A stretch of 64,000 nucleotides of DNA, from contig CAVZQC010000004.1 in NCBI GenBank assembly GCA_963777315.1, forward strand, positions 832,001 through 896,000. Reading direction: 5' to 3'. A program made the translations under genes and the position numbers. The notes under the pieces were generated by a model, which had not been told where the DNA came from, made no database searches, and saw only the letters and a program-made list of their open reading frames with translations. The stretch is from Vulcanimicrobiota bacterium (GTDB lineage Bacteria > Vulcanimicrobiota > Vulcanimicrobiia > Vulcanimicrobiales > Vulcanimicrobiaceae). Shown one piece after another: positions 1-9,131 of this stretch. Positions within the stretch are counted from its first letter, which is position 1; each line of letters starts with the position of its first letter.

Positions 1-675
1 AAACTCGGTGAAAATGAATCGTTCGCGCGCCCTGCGCGCCTCCTCGGGCGAACGCGGAGCGTGCAGCGCGCGGTAGGCCTGCTGCAATTGCGGCAGCCCG
101 CGTTCGAGCAAAATCGAGCGCGGCAGCGGCTCTTCGCCGGCGAGGGCGAGCAGGCGTGGAAGATTGCGCCGAACGACCTGATGGATCTTTCGCGAGGTCA
201 GCGCTTTGCCCGCCGGATAGATCGGGATGACTTCTCCTTGGTATCGCTCGCCGTCGGCCAGAACGCGATGCGTTCCCACGCTCATCGTCGCGCCGGCGAG
301 CGTGCGCTGCACGCGGCCCCGCACGAACACCTGCATTCCGGCCTTTAACGCACCCAGCAGATAGCTGCGGCCGAACCACTTGGCGACGAAAACGCCGCTG
401 TCGTCTTCGATCTCGGCTTCGACGATAGCAAGATGTCGAGCGCGCTTCTCGCGTACGCGAACGATGCGTCCGACCGCGTTTTCCTCGCCTTCGGAATTAC
501 CGAGTTGTGCGGCCGGTGTGGGAGCGCGCAGATCTTCGTAGCGAAACGGAAAATCGTTGAGCAGGTCTTCGGGCGTTCGGATGCCGAGCTCGGCAAACCG
601 CGCTGCCGTACCTTGGCCGACGCCCGCGAGGTCGCCCAGCGACGCGGGTGCGCGGTCAGCTTGGCTGCGATCCAC
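1..675 (-). CDS. recG: ATP-dependent DNA helicase RecG, N-terminal part (runs off window start)
   Basis: Not in the ORF track. Manual translation from GTG at 675 gives GVGQGTAARFAELGIRTPEDLLNDFPFRYEDLR...AKWFGRSYL...IPIYPAGKALTSRKI...AYRALHAPRS...ARERFIFTEF, the typical RecG wedge-domain region; open to base 1. Confidence 0.9.
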   Translation of the reverse strand, partial: MDRSQADRAPASLGDLAGVGQGTAARFAELGIRTPEDLLNDFPFRYEDLRAPTPAAQLGNSEGEENAVGRIVRVREKRARHLAIVEAEIEDDSGVFVAKWFGRSYLLGALKAGMQVFVRGRVQRTLAGATMSVGTHRVLADGERYQGEVIPIYPAGKALTSRKIHQVVRRNLPRLLALAGEEPLPRSILLERGLPQLQQAYRALHAPRSPEEARRARERFIFTEF

Positions 676-1630
676 TGTTCGGGCTCTGCGCTTGCAGCAG
701 CTTGACCAACGCGTACACCGTTGACGTATGCTCAGCGGATACGGCGTACAGGCGCGCCAGCTCCACCACCGCACCGACGATCGGCTCGAGTTCGAGCGGC
801 TTTCCGGCCTCGAAGTCCTGCAGCATGGACGTTTTCACGTCGGCGATGTGCTGCGCCCATTTCAGGCGTTCGTCCGCATCGACGCCCGGATCGACGCCGG
901 AAGCGCGCGCGACCGCAAGGGCTTCTTCGATTACCGCGCGCAGCACTGCCCGCGTGCCCGGATCGCGCAGCATCGCGCCAACCGTCGCGCGCGTGAGCAC
1001 GCTCACGGGATTGAGCGCCGCGTTGTTGACGAGCTTGCGCCAAATGTTGCGCCGAATGTGCGCTTCGATCGGCGCCTGCATCCCGGCTCGTTCGAACGCG
1101 GCCGCCAGCATGCGAATTCGCGGCGTCGTGCTGCCGTCGAGTTCGCCCAGCGGATACAGCATGCCGCCGCTTTGATGAACGACGCCCGGCGCGGTCACGT
1201 GCCCGGAAGCGTGCACGACGCCGCCGATGATGCGCTCGTAGGGGATGGCGTTCAACACGCGGCCGCCCGGATCGACGCTCTCCAGCGCGCGATGGCGCTC
1301 GTACCAAAACGGCAAGCCGTTCTGCAGCGTAACGAAAATCGCATGACCGTCGACCGCGCGCCGCAGCTGCGCGAGAACGCCGCTCCACTGATGCGACTTA
1401 AAGGCGAGCAGCACGTAGTCGAGATCGTCGAATTCACGAAGATCGTCCGAAGCGGGAACGGTAGCGGTGAATGGGCCGAGATCGCCGGCTTGCACGCGAA
1501 GGCCGCTGCGGCGAATCGCTTGCAGGTGCGCTCCGCGCGCTACGACGCAAACGTCCGCTCCGCTGCGCGCCAGGGCCGCCGCGATGAACCCTCCGATGGC
1601 GCCGGCGCCGACTACAGCTATGCGACTCAT
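656..1630 (-). CDS. panE: 2-dehydropantoate 2-reductase (ketopantoate reductase family)
   Basis: GAGAIGG Rossmann motif, LQNG, WRKLVNNAALNP, KTSMLQD, LELEPIVG. Confidence 0.88.
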   Translation of the reverse strand: MSRIAVVGAGAIGGFIAAALARSGADVCVVARGAHLQAIRRSGLRVQAGDLGPFTATVPASDDLREFDDLDYVLLAFKSHQWSGVLAQLRRAVDGHAIFVTLQNGLPFWYERHRALESVDPGGRVLNAIPYERIIGGVVHASGHVTAPGVVHQSGGMLYPLGELDGSTTPRIRMLAAAFERAGMQAPIEAHIRRNIWRKLVNNAALNPVSVLTRATVGAMLRDPGTRAVLRAVIEEALAVARASGVDPGVDADERLKWAQHIADVKTSMLQDFEAGKPLELEPIVGAVVELARLYAVSAEHTSTVYALVKLLQAQSPNSGSQPS

Positions 1631-1648
1631 ATATGAAAATGAAAGTTG

Positions 1649-1720
1649 AGGCGACGGGCAGATTCGAACTGCCGAATGGAGCTTTTGCAGAGCTCTGCCT
1701 TACCACTTGGCTACGTCGCC
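1649..1720 (-). tRNA. tRNA-Cys(GCA), CCA not encoded
   Basis: Reverse complement GGCGACGTAGCCAAGTGGTAAGGCAGAGCTCTGCAAAAGCTCCATTCGGCAGTTCGAATCTGCCCGTCGCCT; cloverleaf, anticodon GCA, U discriminator. Confidence 0.95.
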
Positions 1721-1729
1721 CCTGATCCC

Positions 1730-1800
1730 AGCGGGTGGCGGGAATCGAACCCGCACGTCAACCTTGGGAAGGTCGCAGGCTGCCATTACATCACACCCGC
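1730..1800 (-). tRNA. tRNA-Gly(CCC), CCA not encoded
   Basis: Reverse complement GCGGGTGTGATGTAATGGCAGCCTGCGACCTTCCCAAGGTTGACGTGCGGGTTCGATTCCCGCCACCCGCT; anticodon CCC. Confidence 0.93.
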
Positions 1801-1921
1801 CCACCGGGCGAGGCCCTGCGTTCTCCCCTGCCTACGCGCTGCCCTTTGGTGCGTTCCGCAAGGCGGCGTGCTGTACAAGGCTTGACCGGAGAGCTTGGTT
1901 GCAGCGACGAACCGAGCGGGC

Positions 1922-2719
1922 GTGACATGGATCTATGCTCTGCCGGCGTGGCTGTTCACGACCGTTTCGGTCCTCATTTCTTGTGCGCTGTCCGCGGGAC
2001 TGCTGGCTCTGGTACGCGGGCGTATCACGCGCAACGAAGAGATTACGCATAACGACGTCGCGGGTCCGATTTTGGCCACCATCGGCACGGTGCTCGCCGT
2101 CATGATGTCGTTCATGGTGATCGGCGTTTGGCAAGAATACGATGCGGCGGCGCAAACCGCGCAAGCCGAAGCCAGCGCGGCGTCGGACTTGCACCATATC
2201 GCCGACGCGTTTCCGCCGGGTACCCGCGCCGACGTGCAAAATACCGTGGACCGTTACATCACCTTGGTCGTGAACGAAGAGTGGCCGCTCATGCGGCACG
2301 GGCGCGAAAGCCAGCGCGCCCACGATACCGCGTACGAACTGCAACACATGCTAGCGGACTACGCGCCGACCGACCCGGTTCAACAGATGCTTCAGGGCCG
2401 CGCCTTGGACTATGCGGGCGTGATGCTCGACCAGCGGCGCAACCGCATATTGAGCAATCGCCAAGGCATTCCGCTCATCTTGTGGAGCGTCATGCTGCTG
2501 CTGGGCGCAATCACGGTCGTGTTTTCGTTCTATTTCCGAGTCGACCGCCCGCGCGCGCAGTATCTCATGGTCGTTGCACTGTCGGCGGTGATCTCGATTA
2601 CGTTTGCGCTGATCGCCGAATTGGACTATCCCTTCCGCGGGGACATTGCGGTGGATCCCGCCGCCTTCGAGCACGTGATACGAGCGCTGCACGGATCGGT
2701 CAGCAATCTGCGAACTTAA
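1922..2719 (+). CDS. DUF4239-like (bestrophin-like) membrane protein
   Basis: Four TM segments; VWQEYDAAAQTAQAEASA, EEWPLM and ELDYPFRGDIAV patterns. GTG start at 1922 chosen. Confidence 0.7.
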   Translation: MTWIYALPAWLFTTVSVLISCALSAGLLALVRGRITRNEEITHNDVAGPILATIGTVLAVMMSFMVIGVWQEYDAAAQTAQAEASAASDLHHIADAFPPGTRADVQNTVDRYITLVVNEEWPLMRHGRESQRAHDTAYELQHMLADYAPTDPVQQMLQGRALDYAGVMLDQRRNRILSNRQGIPLILWSVMLLLGAITVVFSFYFRVDRPRAQYLMVVALSAVISITFALIAELDYPFRGDIAVDPAAFEHVIRALHGSVSNLRT

Positions 2720-2721
2720 AC

Positions 2722-3396
2722 TCAGCTGCCCAGGATGTTGACCGCGCGTCCGGCGATAATGGCGATCGTCACCAGCGAAGTCATGCCCTCGGTCATCACC
2801 AGGACTTTGGCCATATGCGTGAGCGGAAACGTATCGGTCGGGCTGAACGCCGTCGCGTTCGTGAACGAAAGGAACACGTAATCCAGAAAGCCCGGCTTCC
2901 AGGCCACGTGCGGGCGACGGTCGGGCTGCAATGTCATCTGCGGGAAGAGGAAGTCCGAACAGTCCGGATCGTGCCGGAAGTCCGCCGTTGCGCGCCGCGC
3001 CGGACCGTTGCCGTCGAGCTCCCAAAACCACAGCGCATAGACGATGATGTTCATCAACCAGATTTCGACCGCAGCGAGCAGCAGTTGTTCGCCCGTTATG
3101 GACCTGCGATGATGTTCGGAGAGCTGCCACTCAAAGAGCAGTCCGATGGTGACCACGTTGAACGCATTGAGCACCGCCACGATTCCGATCGAAGACCACC
3201 GCTGCCAAGGCGCTTCTTCGTGCCGGCGCGGCACGAAAATCACGAGCGGCACCAAGACGACCAAAATCAACAGCGGCAGCAGCCAGAGCGGCCCGACGAC
3301 CACTTTGGGTGGAAGCGTTGCGTAGAGCGCGAGCGCAACCAACACCGCTACGGCTGCGTGCCAGCGCGGTTCGCCGGTAATGCCGGTATGCTGCAT
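2722..3396 (-). CDS. DUF1345-like membrane protein
   Basis: WFWELDGNGP...DFLFPQM...WKPGFLDYVFLSFTNATAFSPTDT motif; start trimmed to ATG 3396. Confidence 0.75.
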   Translation of the reverse strand: MQHTGITGEPRWHAAVAVLVALALYATLPPKVVVGPLWLLPLLILVVLVPLVIFVPRRHEEAPWQRWSSIGIVAVLNAFNVVTIGLLFEWQLSEHHRRSITGEQLLLAAVEIWLMNIIVYALWFWELDGNGPARRATADFRHDPDCSDFLFPQMTLQPDRRPHVAWKPGFLDYVFLSFTNATAFSPTDTFPLTHMAKVLVMTEGMTSLVTIAIIAGRAVNILGS

Positions 3397-3462
3397 CGCG
3401 GGTGCTTTCGCAGGTGCACGGAGGATTGCATCCTGGACGGCACCCGCGTGGTTATGGACGGC

Positions 3463-3816
3463 ATGGCTACCGATTTTACCGACGGCAAAACGTTTCCGCG
3501 CCGCGGCCGCGAGCGGATCGGCGAGGCTCTGTGGCTCGCACGGCTCATCGACAAAGCCCGTGCGTCCGCAGCAGGAACCATCTACGACTACATCTATCCA
3601 TGTCCCATGGACCGCGGAGTTCTGGAGCGTTGGGGTATTGCGCCCGAGCAATTCGAAGGTGCGCTGCGCGAGCACGCGAGCGACGAAGCCGTTTTCCGGT
3701 GGCTGACTTTGCATACCACGCCCGAACGCATCCGCAAAGCAAATGCGTGGCTGCTGGAAACCAAGCGATCCAATCTCGATCGCCAGGACGCCGAAGAAGG
3801 CGTGGGGATCTCGTAA
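3463..3816 (+). CDS. DUF5069-like protein
   Basis: C-terminal part of track ORF 2128..3816: PRRGRERIG..WLARLIDKARA..GTIYDYIYPCPMD. Confidence 0.7.
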   Translation: MATDFTDGKTFPRRGRERIGEALWLARLIDKARASAAGTIYDYIYPCPMDRGVLERWGIAPEQFEGALREHASDEAVFRWLTLHTTPERIRKANAWLLETKRSNLDRQDAEEGVGIS

Positions 3817-4514
3817 TGGGGCGAATGATCGAGGTCGAGCGGCCGGACGGCGGCAGCGCACCCGCGTACTATAGCGCGCCGGAAAAACATGATGAATCGA
3901 CTGCGGGTATCGTCATCGTGCAAGAGTGGTGGGGCGTAACTTCGGACATGATGGAGATCGCCGATCGCTATGCAGGTTTGGGATACCGCGCTTTGCTTCC
4001 GGATCTTTTTCGCGGCCGCAAAGCGGCGGTCGGAGATGAGGCCAATCACTTGATGGAAGGACTGGACTTCAAGGACGCTTACTCGCAAGACATTCGCGGC
4101 GCGCTGGCGCACCTCAAGCAAAACGGTGCGAAAGTTGGCATAACCGGTTACTGCATGGGCGGAGCGCTGGCGCTGCTTTGCGCCATGCATCTGACCGAGC
4201 CCGACGCAGCCGTCGCTTTTTACGGTATACCCCCTACGCAAGCCGGCGATCCGGCAACGATTGAGATTCCACTGCTGTGTCATTTTGCAAAACACGACGA
4301 GTTCTTCACGCCCAGCGCCGTCGCGGAGTTTCAAAAGCGCCTCGAGGAAGGCCAAGTGCCGCACCAGATCTACTGGTACGATGCTCGGCATGGTTTTTGC
4401 AATCCCAATCCGCCCGGCAGTGCGGGACTGGGACATTACGACTCGCAGGCCGCACACTTGGCGTGGGAGCGTACCGTGAGCTTTTGGCAGCATGCATTGA
4501 GCACGAGCGGCTAG
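3816..4514 (+). CDS. dienelactone hydrolase family protein
   Basis: QEWWG, GYCMGG nucleophile elbow, HGF(C)N; TAATG overlap with upstream gene. Confidence 0.9.
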   Translation: MGRMIEVERPDGGSAPAYYSAPEKHDESTAGIVIVQEWWGVTSDMMEIADRYAGLGYRALLPDLFRGRKAAVGDEANHLMEGLDFKDAYSQDIRGALAHLKQNGAKVGITGYCMGGALALLCAMHLTEPDAAVAFYGIPPTQAGDPATIEIPLLCHFAKHDEFFTPSAVAEFQKRLEEGQVPHQIYWYDARHGFCNPNPPGSAGLGHYDSQAAHLAWERTVSFWQHALSTSG

Positions 4515-4521
4515 CGCCGTA

Positions 4522-5559
4522 GTGCTCGTGCCGGACCAACACGTTTTTCTGCAGGCGTGCCGGCGCGAACGAACGCCGTATACGCCGGTCTGGCTGATGC
4601 GCCAAGCCGGGCGTTATCTCCCCGAATATCGCAGCATACGCCAGAGGCATTCGTTTTGGGATTTGTGTACGAATTCCGACGCGGCGGCGCAGGTTACCGT
4701 AGACACCGTGCGGCGGCTGCACGTGGATGCGGCAATCATTTTTGCGGACATTTTGCTGCCGCTGGCGGCAATGGGCATGGGTCTTTCCTACGAAAAGGGC
4801 GACGGCCCCAGGATCGAGAGGACCGTTCGCAGCGCCCAGGACGTCGACGCGATCGCGCCGGTGAGCGTCCACGAGTCTCTGGGCTTCGTGGGTCAGACGA
4901 TTCGGTTGGTGCGCAAGGAATTGCAAAACGAGGTTCCGGTGATCGGGTTTGCCGGCGCGCCCTTCACCGTCGCTTCGTACGCCATCGAAGGCGGAGGCTC
5001 TCGAACGTATACGGCCACGAAATCGCTCATGTACAACGATCCGCAAACGTGGGAGCGCTTCATGCGGCTCGTCGCCGGGATCACCGCGGAATACCTGAAC
5101 ATGCAAATCGACGCGGGAGCGCACGCCGTGCAGCTCTTCGACAGCTGGGTCGGGTGTTTGTCGCCCCCGGACTATCGGCGATACGTGTTGCCGTACTCAC
5201 GCCAGGTGATCTCGGCGCTGCCTGCGCACACGCCGGTGATCCATTTCGGCACCATGACCGGCGCGTTGCTCGAAGCGATGCGCGAGGCGGGCGCCAACGT
5301 CATCGGGCTGGACTGGCGCGTCGACCTCGACGAAGCATGGGAAAGGCTGGGAGGCGCGGTCGGCGTGCAGGGCAATTTGGATCCGGTCGTTCTCTTTTCG
5401 GATCGAGACACGATCCGCGAGCGCGTTCGCGATGTCTTGCGACGAGCGGCCGGTCGTCCCGGCCATATTTTCAACTTGGGACACGGCATTTTGCCGCAGA
5501 CGCCGGTCGACAACGTGCTCGCACTGATCGACGCGGTTCACGAATACAGCCGCCGGTGA
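4522..5559 (+). CDS. hemE: uroporphyrinogen decarboxylase
   Basis: PVWLMRQAGRYLPEY, IIFADIL, QLFDSW, QGNLDP, NLGHG. Confidence 0.97.
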   Translation: MLVPDQHVFLQACRRERTPYTPVWLMRQAGRYLPEYRSIRQRHSFWDLCTNSDAAAQVTVDTVRRLHVDAAIIFADILLPLAAMGMGLSYEKGDGPRIERTVRSAQDVDAIAPVSVHESLGFVGQTIRLVRKELQNEVPVIGFAGAPFTVASYAIEGGGSRTYTATKSLMYNDPQTWERFMRLVAGITAEYLNMQIDAGAHAVQLFDSWVGCLSPPDYRRYVLPYSRQVISALPAHTPVIHFGTMTGALLEAMREAGANVIGLDWRVDLDEAWERLGGAVGVQGNLDPVVLFSDRDTIRERVRDVLRRAAGRPGHIFNLGHGILPQTPVDNVLALIDAVHEYSRR

Positions 5560-6440
5560 AACACGAGGCGGTCGTTCTGTTAGGCTTCGGCGGTCCGGAG
5601 AACGCAAACGAGATTCGGCCCTTTTTGGATCGCGTACTCGCCGGGCGGCCGATTCCGCAGGCCCGGTACGAACAAGTCGTCCGGCATTACGAGCACATCG
5701 GCGGAAAATCGCCCTTCAACGAACTCACGCGCAGGCAAGCCGATGCGCTGCAGGCTGAACTTGCGCGGCGCGGCATCTCCGTGCCGGTTCGGGTCGCGTA
5801 CCGCAATGCCGCACCATTCATACCGGACGTCGCACGGGAGCTCCAAGCGCGCCGCGCAACTCCGATCGCGATCGTGCTGGCAGCGCATCAGAGCCAAGCC
5901 AGTTGGGACAAATACGCAGCCGGTCTGCCGGGCGCAACGTACGCGCCGCCGTTTTACGATCGCCCGCTGTTCGTTCGAGCTCAAGCGCAGCGCGTAATGA
6001 CCGCGCTTGAAACGCTGGGAGAAAGCACGTTCGATCGGGTCGCGCTGATGTTCACCGCGCACAGCATTCCGCAGTCGATGGCGGACCGCGGACCCTATGT
6101 CGAGCAATTCCGGCGATCGGCGCAGCTCATCGCCGATCGAGCGGGCGCGTCCTCCCATCTGATCGCTTACCAGAGCCGCAGCGGGTCACCGGCCGAAGCG
6201 TGGCTGGAACCCGACGTGCGTGCGGCGATCGAGCAGCTTGCGCCGGCGGGTTTTGACAAAGCGGTTATCGCTCCGATCGGCTTTTTGTGCGATCACGTGG
6301 AGGTGCTCTACGATCTCGACGTCGATGCTGCCCAAAGCGCTGCGCGCTGCGGCGTGCGTATGGCGCGCGCGGCTGCGCTCAACGATCATCCGCTGTTCAT
6401 CGCGATGCTGGCCGATCTGGTGGAGGAATGCGGAGCATAG
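5556..6440 (+). CDS. hemH: ferrochelatase (possibly coproporphyrin ferrochelatase)
   Basis: LLGFGGP, YEHIGGKSP, FTAHSIP, YQSRSG, WLEPD, GFLCDHVEVLYDLD; GTGA overlap with hemE. Confidence 0.93.
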   Translation: MKHEAVVLLGFGGPENANEIRPFLDRVLAGRPIPQARYEQVVRHYEHIGGKSPFNELTRRQADALQAELARRGISVPVRVAYRNAAPFIPDVARELQARRATPIAIVLAAHQSQASWDKYAAGLPGATYAPPFYDRPLFVRAQAQRVMTALETLGESTFDRVALMFTAHSIPQSMADRGPYVEQFRRSAQLIADRAGASSHLIAYQSRSGSPAEAWLEPDVRAAIEQLAPAGFDKAVIAPIGFLCDHVEVLYDLDVDAAQSAARCGVRMARAAALNDHPLFIAMLADLVEECGA

Positions 6441-7804
6441 CGATTCTGGGCGGCGGAATCGCAGGACTGGCCGCGGCTCATCGGCTGTTCGAACTGGCTT
6501 CCAAACAGCGGCTGGAAATCGACGTAGCGCTGTACGAGCGCGGCGCGGCCGTAGGCGGCTGCGTGCGAACGCTGCGGGAGAGCGGTCTCGTCATGGAACT
6601 GGGCGCGGATTCGCTGCTTATCGACAAACCGCCCGCGAGGCAGTTGCTCGTCGAGCTGGGTTTGGAAGACAGCATTGTGGACGTGTGCCCGCAATTCAAA
6701 GGCGCGCGGATCGTTCGAGCGGGCCGGCTTCGCCGGCTGCCGTCGGCATTTCGGCTATTCGCGCCGACGTCGTTGCCCGCGCTGATGCGCAGCGGAATCT
6801 TCAGCCCGCTGGGCATGGCGCGCGCGGCCATGGAACCGTTTGTTCCGGCGCGCAAGCATGACGCGGACGAATCCGTGGCTTGTTTCGTCAGCCGGCGGTT
6901 TGGACGGGAAGTGCTCGAACGTTTGGCGCAGCCGCTCGTCGGCGGCCTGTACTCGGCCGATCCGAAGCGCCTGAGCATGCGCGCGACGCTGCCGCAATTT
7001 CTGGATCTCGAACGAAGCAACGGCAGCGTTCTGCGCGGGATGCGATCGCGAATCCCCCGGGAGCCGCGCCTGGTGAGCTTGCGCGAAGGGCTGCAGACGC
7101 TGATCGATGCGCTGCAAACGCGCATCGGCGCCGGGGTCCGCACGGGGAACGAAGCGGTCGGACTGCAGCGAAACGATGCGGGCTGGACGATCGCTTTCGC
7201 CGGCGGAAACACCGCGCATGCCGATGCCGTTATTTGCGCGCTGCCGGCCTACGCATCGGCCGCACTGCTGCGCGGCCACGATGAACGCCTTGCCTGGCTG
7301 CTCGAAAACATCCGCTATAACTCGATTGCGACGGTCAATCTCGCATACGATGCGAGTGCAGCGGCCGCGCTGCCCCGGAGCACCGGTTTCATCGTGCCGC
7401 ATGCGGAAGGGCGCTGCGTGACGGCCGCGACCTTCAGCACGCAAAAGTATCCCAACCGAGCTCCGCGCGACACGGCGTTGGTTCGCGCGTTCATCGGAGG
7501 TGCGCTCGCGCCGGAGCTGCTTGAATGCGACGACGACGAATTGGAGAGCATGGCACGGCGTGAGTTTGCCGAACTTACGCAGATCGCGGCGACGCCTCGC
7601 CGCGTCGCAGTTGCGCGCTGGGAGCGTTTGCTGCCCGAATACGGCGTAGGCCACGTGGAGCTCGTGCGTGAAATCGAGCGCCGCATCGCGCAGCTGCACG
7701 GCCTTGCGCTTGCCGGTTCAGCATACCATGGAGTCGGCATCCCGGATTGCGCTCAAACGGGACGAACGGGTGCGGAATCGGTTTTTGGGTACATCTGCGC
7801 CTAG
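6428..7804 (+). CDS. hemY: HemY-type protoporphyrinogen/coproporphyrinogen oxidase
   Basis: GGGIAGLAAA FAD motif, ELGADS, RRFGREV, GVGIPDC; GGAGG SD before ATG 6428. Confidence 0.92.
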   Translation: MRSIAILGGGIAGLAAAHRLFELASKQRLEIDVALYERGAAVGGCVRTLRESGLVMELGADSLLIDKPPARQLLVELGLEDSIVDVCPQFKGARIVRAGRLRRLPSAFRLFAPTSLPALMRSGIFSPLGMARAAMEPFVPARKHDADESVACFVSRRFGREVLERLAQPLVGGLYSADPKRLSMRATLPQFLDLERSNGSVLRGMRSRIPREPRLVSLREGLQTLIDALQTRIGAGVRTGNEAVGLQRNDAGWTIAFAGGNTAHADAVICALPAYASAALLRGHDERLAWLLENIRYNSIATVNLAYDASAAAALPRSTGFIVPHAEGRCVTAATFSTQKYPNRAPRDTALVRAFIGGALAPELLECDDDELESMARREFAELTQIAATPRRVAVARWERLLPEYGVGHVELVREIERRIAQLHGLALAGSAYHGVGIPDCAQTGRTGAESVFGYICA

Positions 7805-7820
7805 AAAGAGAGGGCTTTGC

Positions 7821-8375
7821 ATGCGTCATCTCCTCGCCGCGGCAGCATTGGCGGCCTGCGCATTCTCACTCACTGCAGCGGCGAGCGCCGCACCGGTAGC
7901 CGGAGCACAGTACGCCGGCACCATCTCGAAATCGGTCGACACGAAAAGTGCTTACGTCGGTCAGCCCGTCACGCTTACGCACGTCACGTCGGAGAGCGGC
8001 AGCGTCGCCGGCGCAACGATGTACGGAACGGTCACCAAAGTGGTGCGCGCCGGTCAGGGACGGACCGCGCAGCTCCAGATGACGTTCAACAAACTCGTCA
8101 TGCGCGACGGCAGCACCTACGCCGTTGACGGCGTGGTAACCGGCATGAACACGAGCACAAAGAACAATGCGCTCAAAGAGGCCGGTGGCGCAGTTGCAGG
8201 CATGATCATCGGCAACATGATCGGCAAAACGATTTTCCATTCCGGCGCAGGCGGGTTTCTGGGCGCCGCCGGCGGCTTTTTGGTTGCAAAGAACAACCGC
8301 GAAAACATGAGCGTGCCCGCGGGTTCGGCCGTTCGCGTCATGCTGCGCTCGGTACGCCGCCAGGCCGGCCGTTAG
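7821..8375 (+). CDS. secreted hypothetical protein with glycine-zipper hairpin (TrbI/VirB10-like beta-fold suspected)
   Basis: Signal peptide; GGAVAGMIIGNMIG...GGFLGAAGG; terminal VPAGSAVRV. Confidence 0.6.
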   Translation: MRHLLAAAALAACAFSLTAAASAAPVAGAQYAGTISKSVDTKSAYVGQPVTLTHVTSESGSVAGATMYGTVTKVVRAGQGRTAQLQMTFNKLVMRDGSTYAVDGVVTGMNTSTKNNALKEAGGAVAGMIIGNMIGKTIFHSGAGGFLGAAGGFLVAKNNRENMSVPAGSAVRVMLRSVRRQAGR

Positions 8376-8376
8376 G

Positions 8377-8943
8377 ATGAACGGCGATAGAACCGTTCGC
8401 GATCTCTCCCTGCTGACCGTCAGGATGGTGTTGGGCGGTTCAATTTCGGCGCACGGTTTGCAAAAAATGCTCGGCGCGTTCGACGGACCGGGCATGGAAG
8501 GTACGACGCAGATGATGCGCTCGCTGGGCTTCGAGCCGCCCGAGCGATTCGCGCGAGCCGTTGCGGCGACCGAAACGACGTCGGGCATGCTCATCGCAGT
8601 GGGTGCGCTCGGCCCGGTAGGACCGGCGATGCTGCTCTCGGTGATGCTGACCGCAATAGAAACGGTCCACAAGCCCAAGGGCTATTGGGCCGGCAACGGC
8701 GGTTACGAAATGAACACGATGTACATCCTGCTCGCGCTCGTGCTGGCAACGCACGGGTACGGCCCGTTTTCCGTCGATCGGCTGTTAGGCATGCACGAGA
8801 AAATGGGCGCCATGCTCGGGTGGCTGGCGTTGCTGGGCGGCGTTGCGGGAGCGACGGTGGTGTTGTCGCAGCGTAAACCACCGCCGCAGAACAGCACGCA
8901 AGGCGATACGCCGGCACCTGAACCCGCGATGAGCGCCACATAA
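8377..8943 (+). CDS. DoxX family membrane protein
   Basis: RMVLG..HGLQKMLGAFDGPG, GGYE, GPFSVD. Confidence 0.85.
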   Translation: MNGDRTVRDLSLLTVRMVLGGSISAHGLQKMLGAFDGPGMEGTTQMMRSLGFEPPERFARAVAATETTSGMLIAVGALGPVGPAMLLSVMLTAIETVHKPKGYWAGNGGYEMNTMYILLALVLATHGYGPFSVDRLLGMHEKMGAMLGWLALLGGVAGATVVLSQRKPPPQNSTQGDTPAPEPAMSAT

Positions 8944-8950
8944 CGCACAA

Positions 8951-8975
8951 AGCGCCCGTTCGTCGAACGGGCGCT
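8951..8975. terminator. hairpin between convergent doxX and tRNA-Phe
   Basis: AGCGCCCGTTC-GTC-GAACGGGCGCT, 11-bp stem; only short U tracts. Confidence 0.6.
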
Positions 8976-8986
8976 CTGCTTTCAAC

Positions 8987-9062
8987 TGGTGCCAAGGGCC
9001 GGAATCGAACCGGCGACACCGTAATTTTCAGTCACGTGCTCTACCGACTGAGCTACCTTGGC
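8987..9062 (-). tRNA. tRNA-Phe(GAA)
   Basis: GCCAAGGTAGCTCAGTCGGTAGAGCACGTGACTGAAAATTACGGTGTCGCCGGTTCGATTCCGGCCCTTGGCACCA. Confidence 0.97.
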
Positions 9063-9131
9063 ACGCCGTCCTCGAGGCGACGGCCCTGGATTCGCTGCAC
9101 GAGCTTGCTCCCCTTGCCCATAGCCGCGCAC

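Noticed and set aside
2128..3462. Long 562-aa track ORF 2128..3816
   Set aside because: Only the last 117 aa look real; the rest overlaps two better-supported genes and is a high-GC shadow frame.
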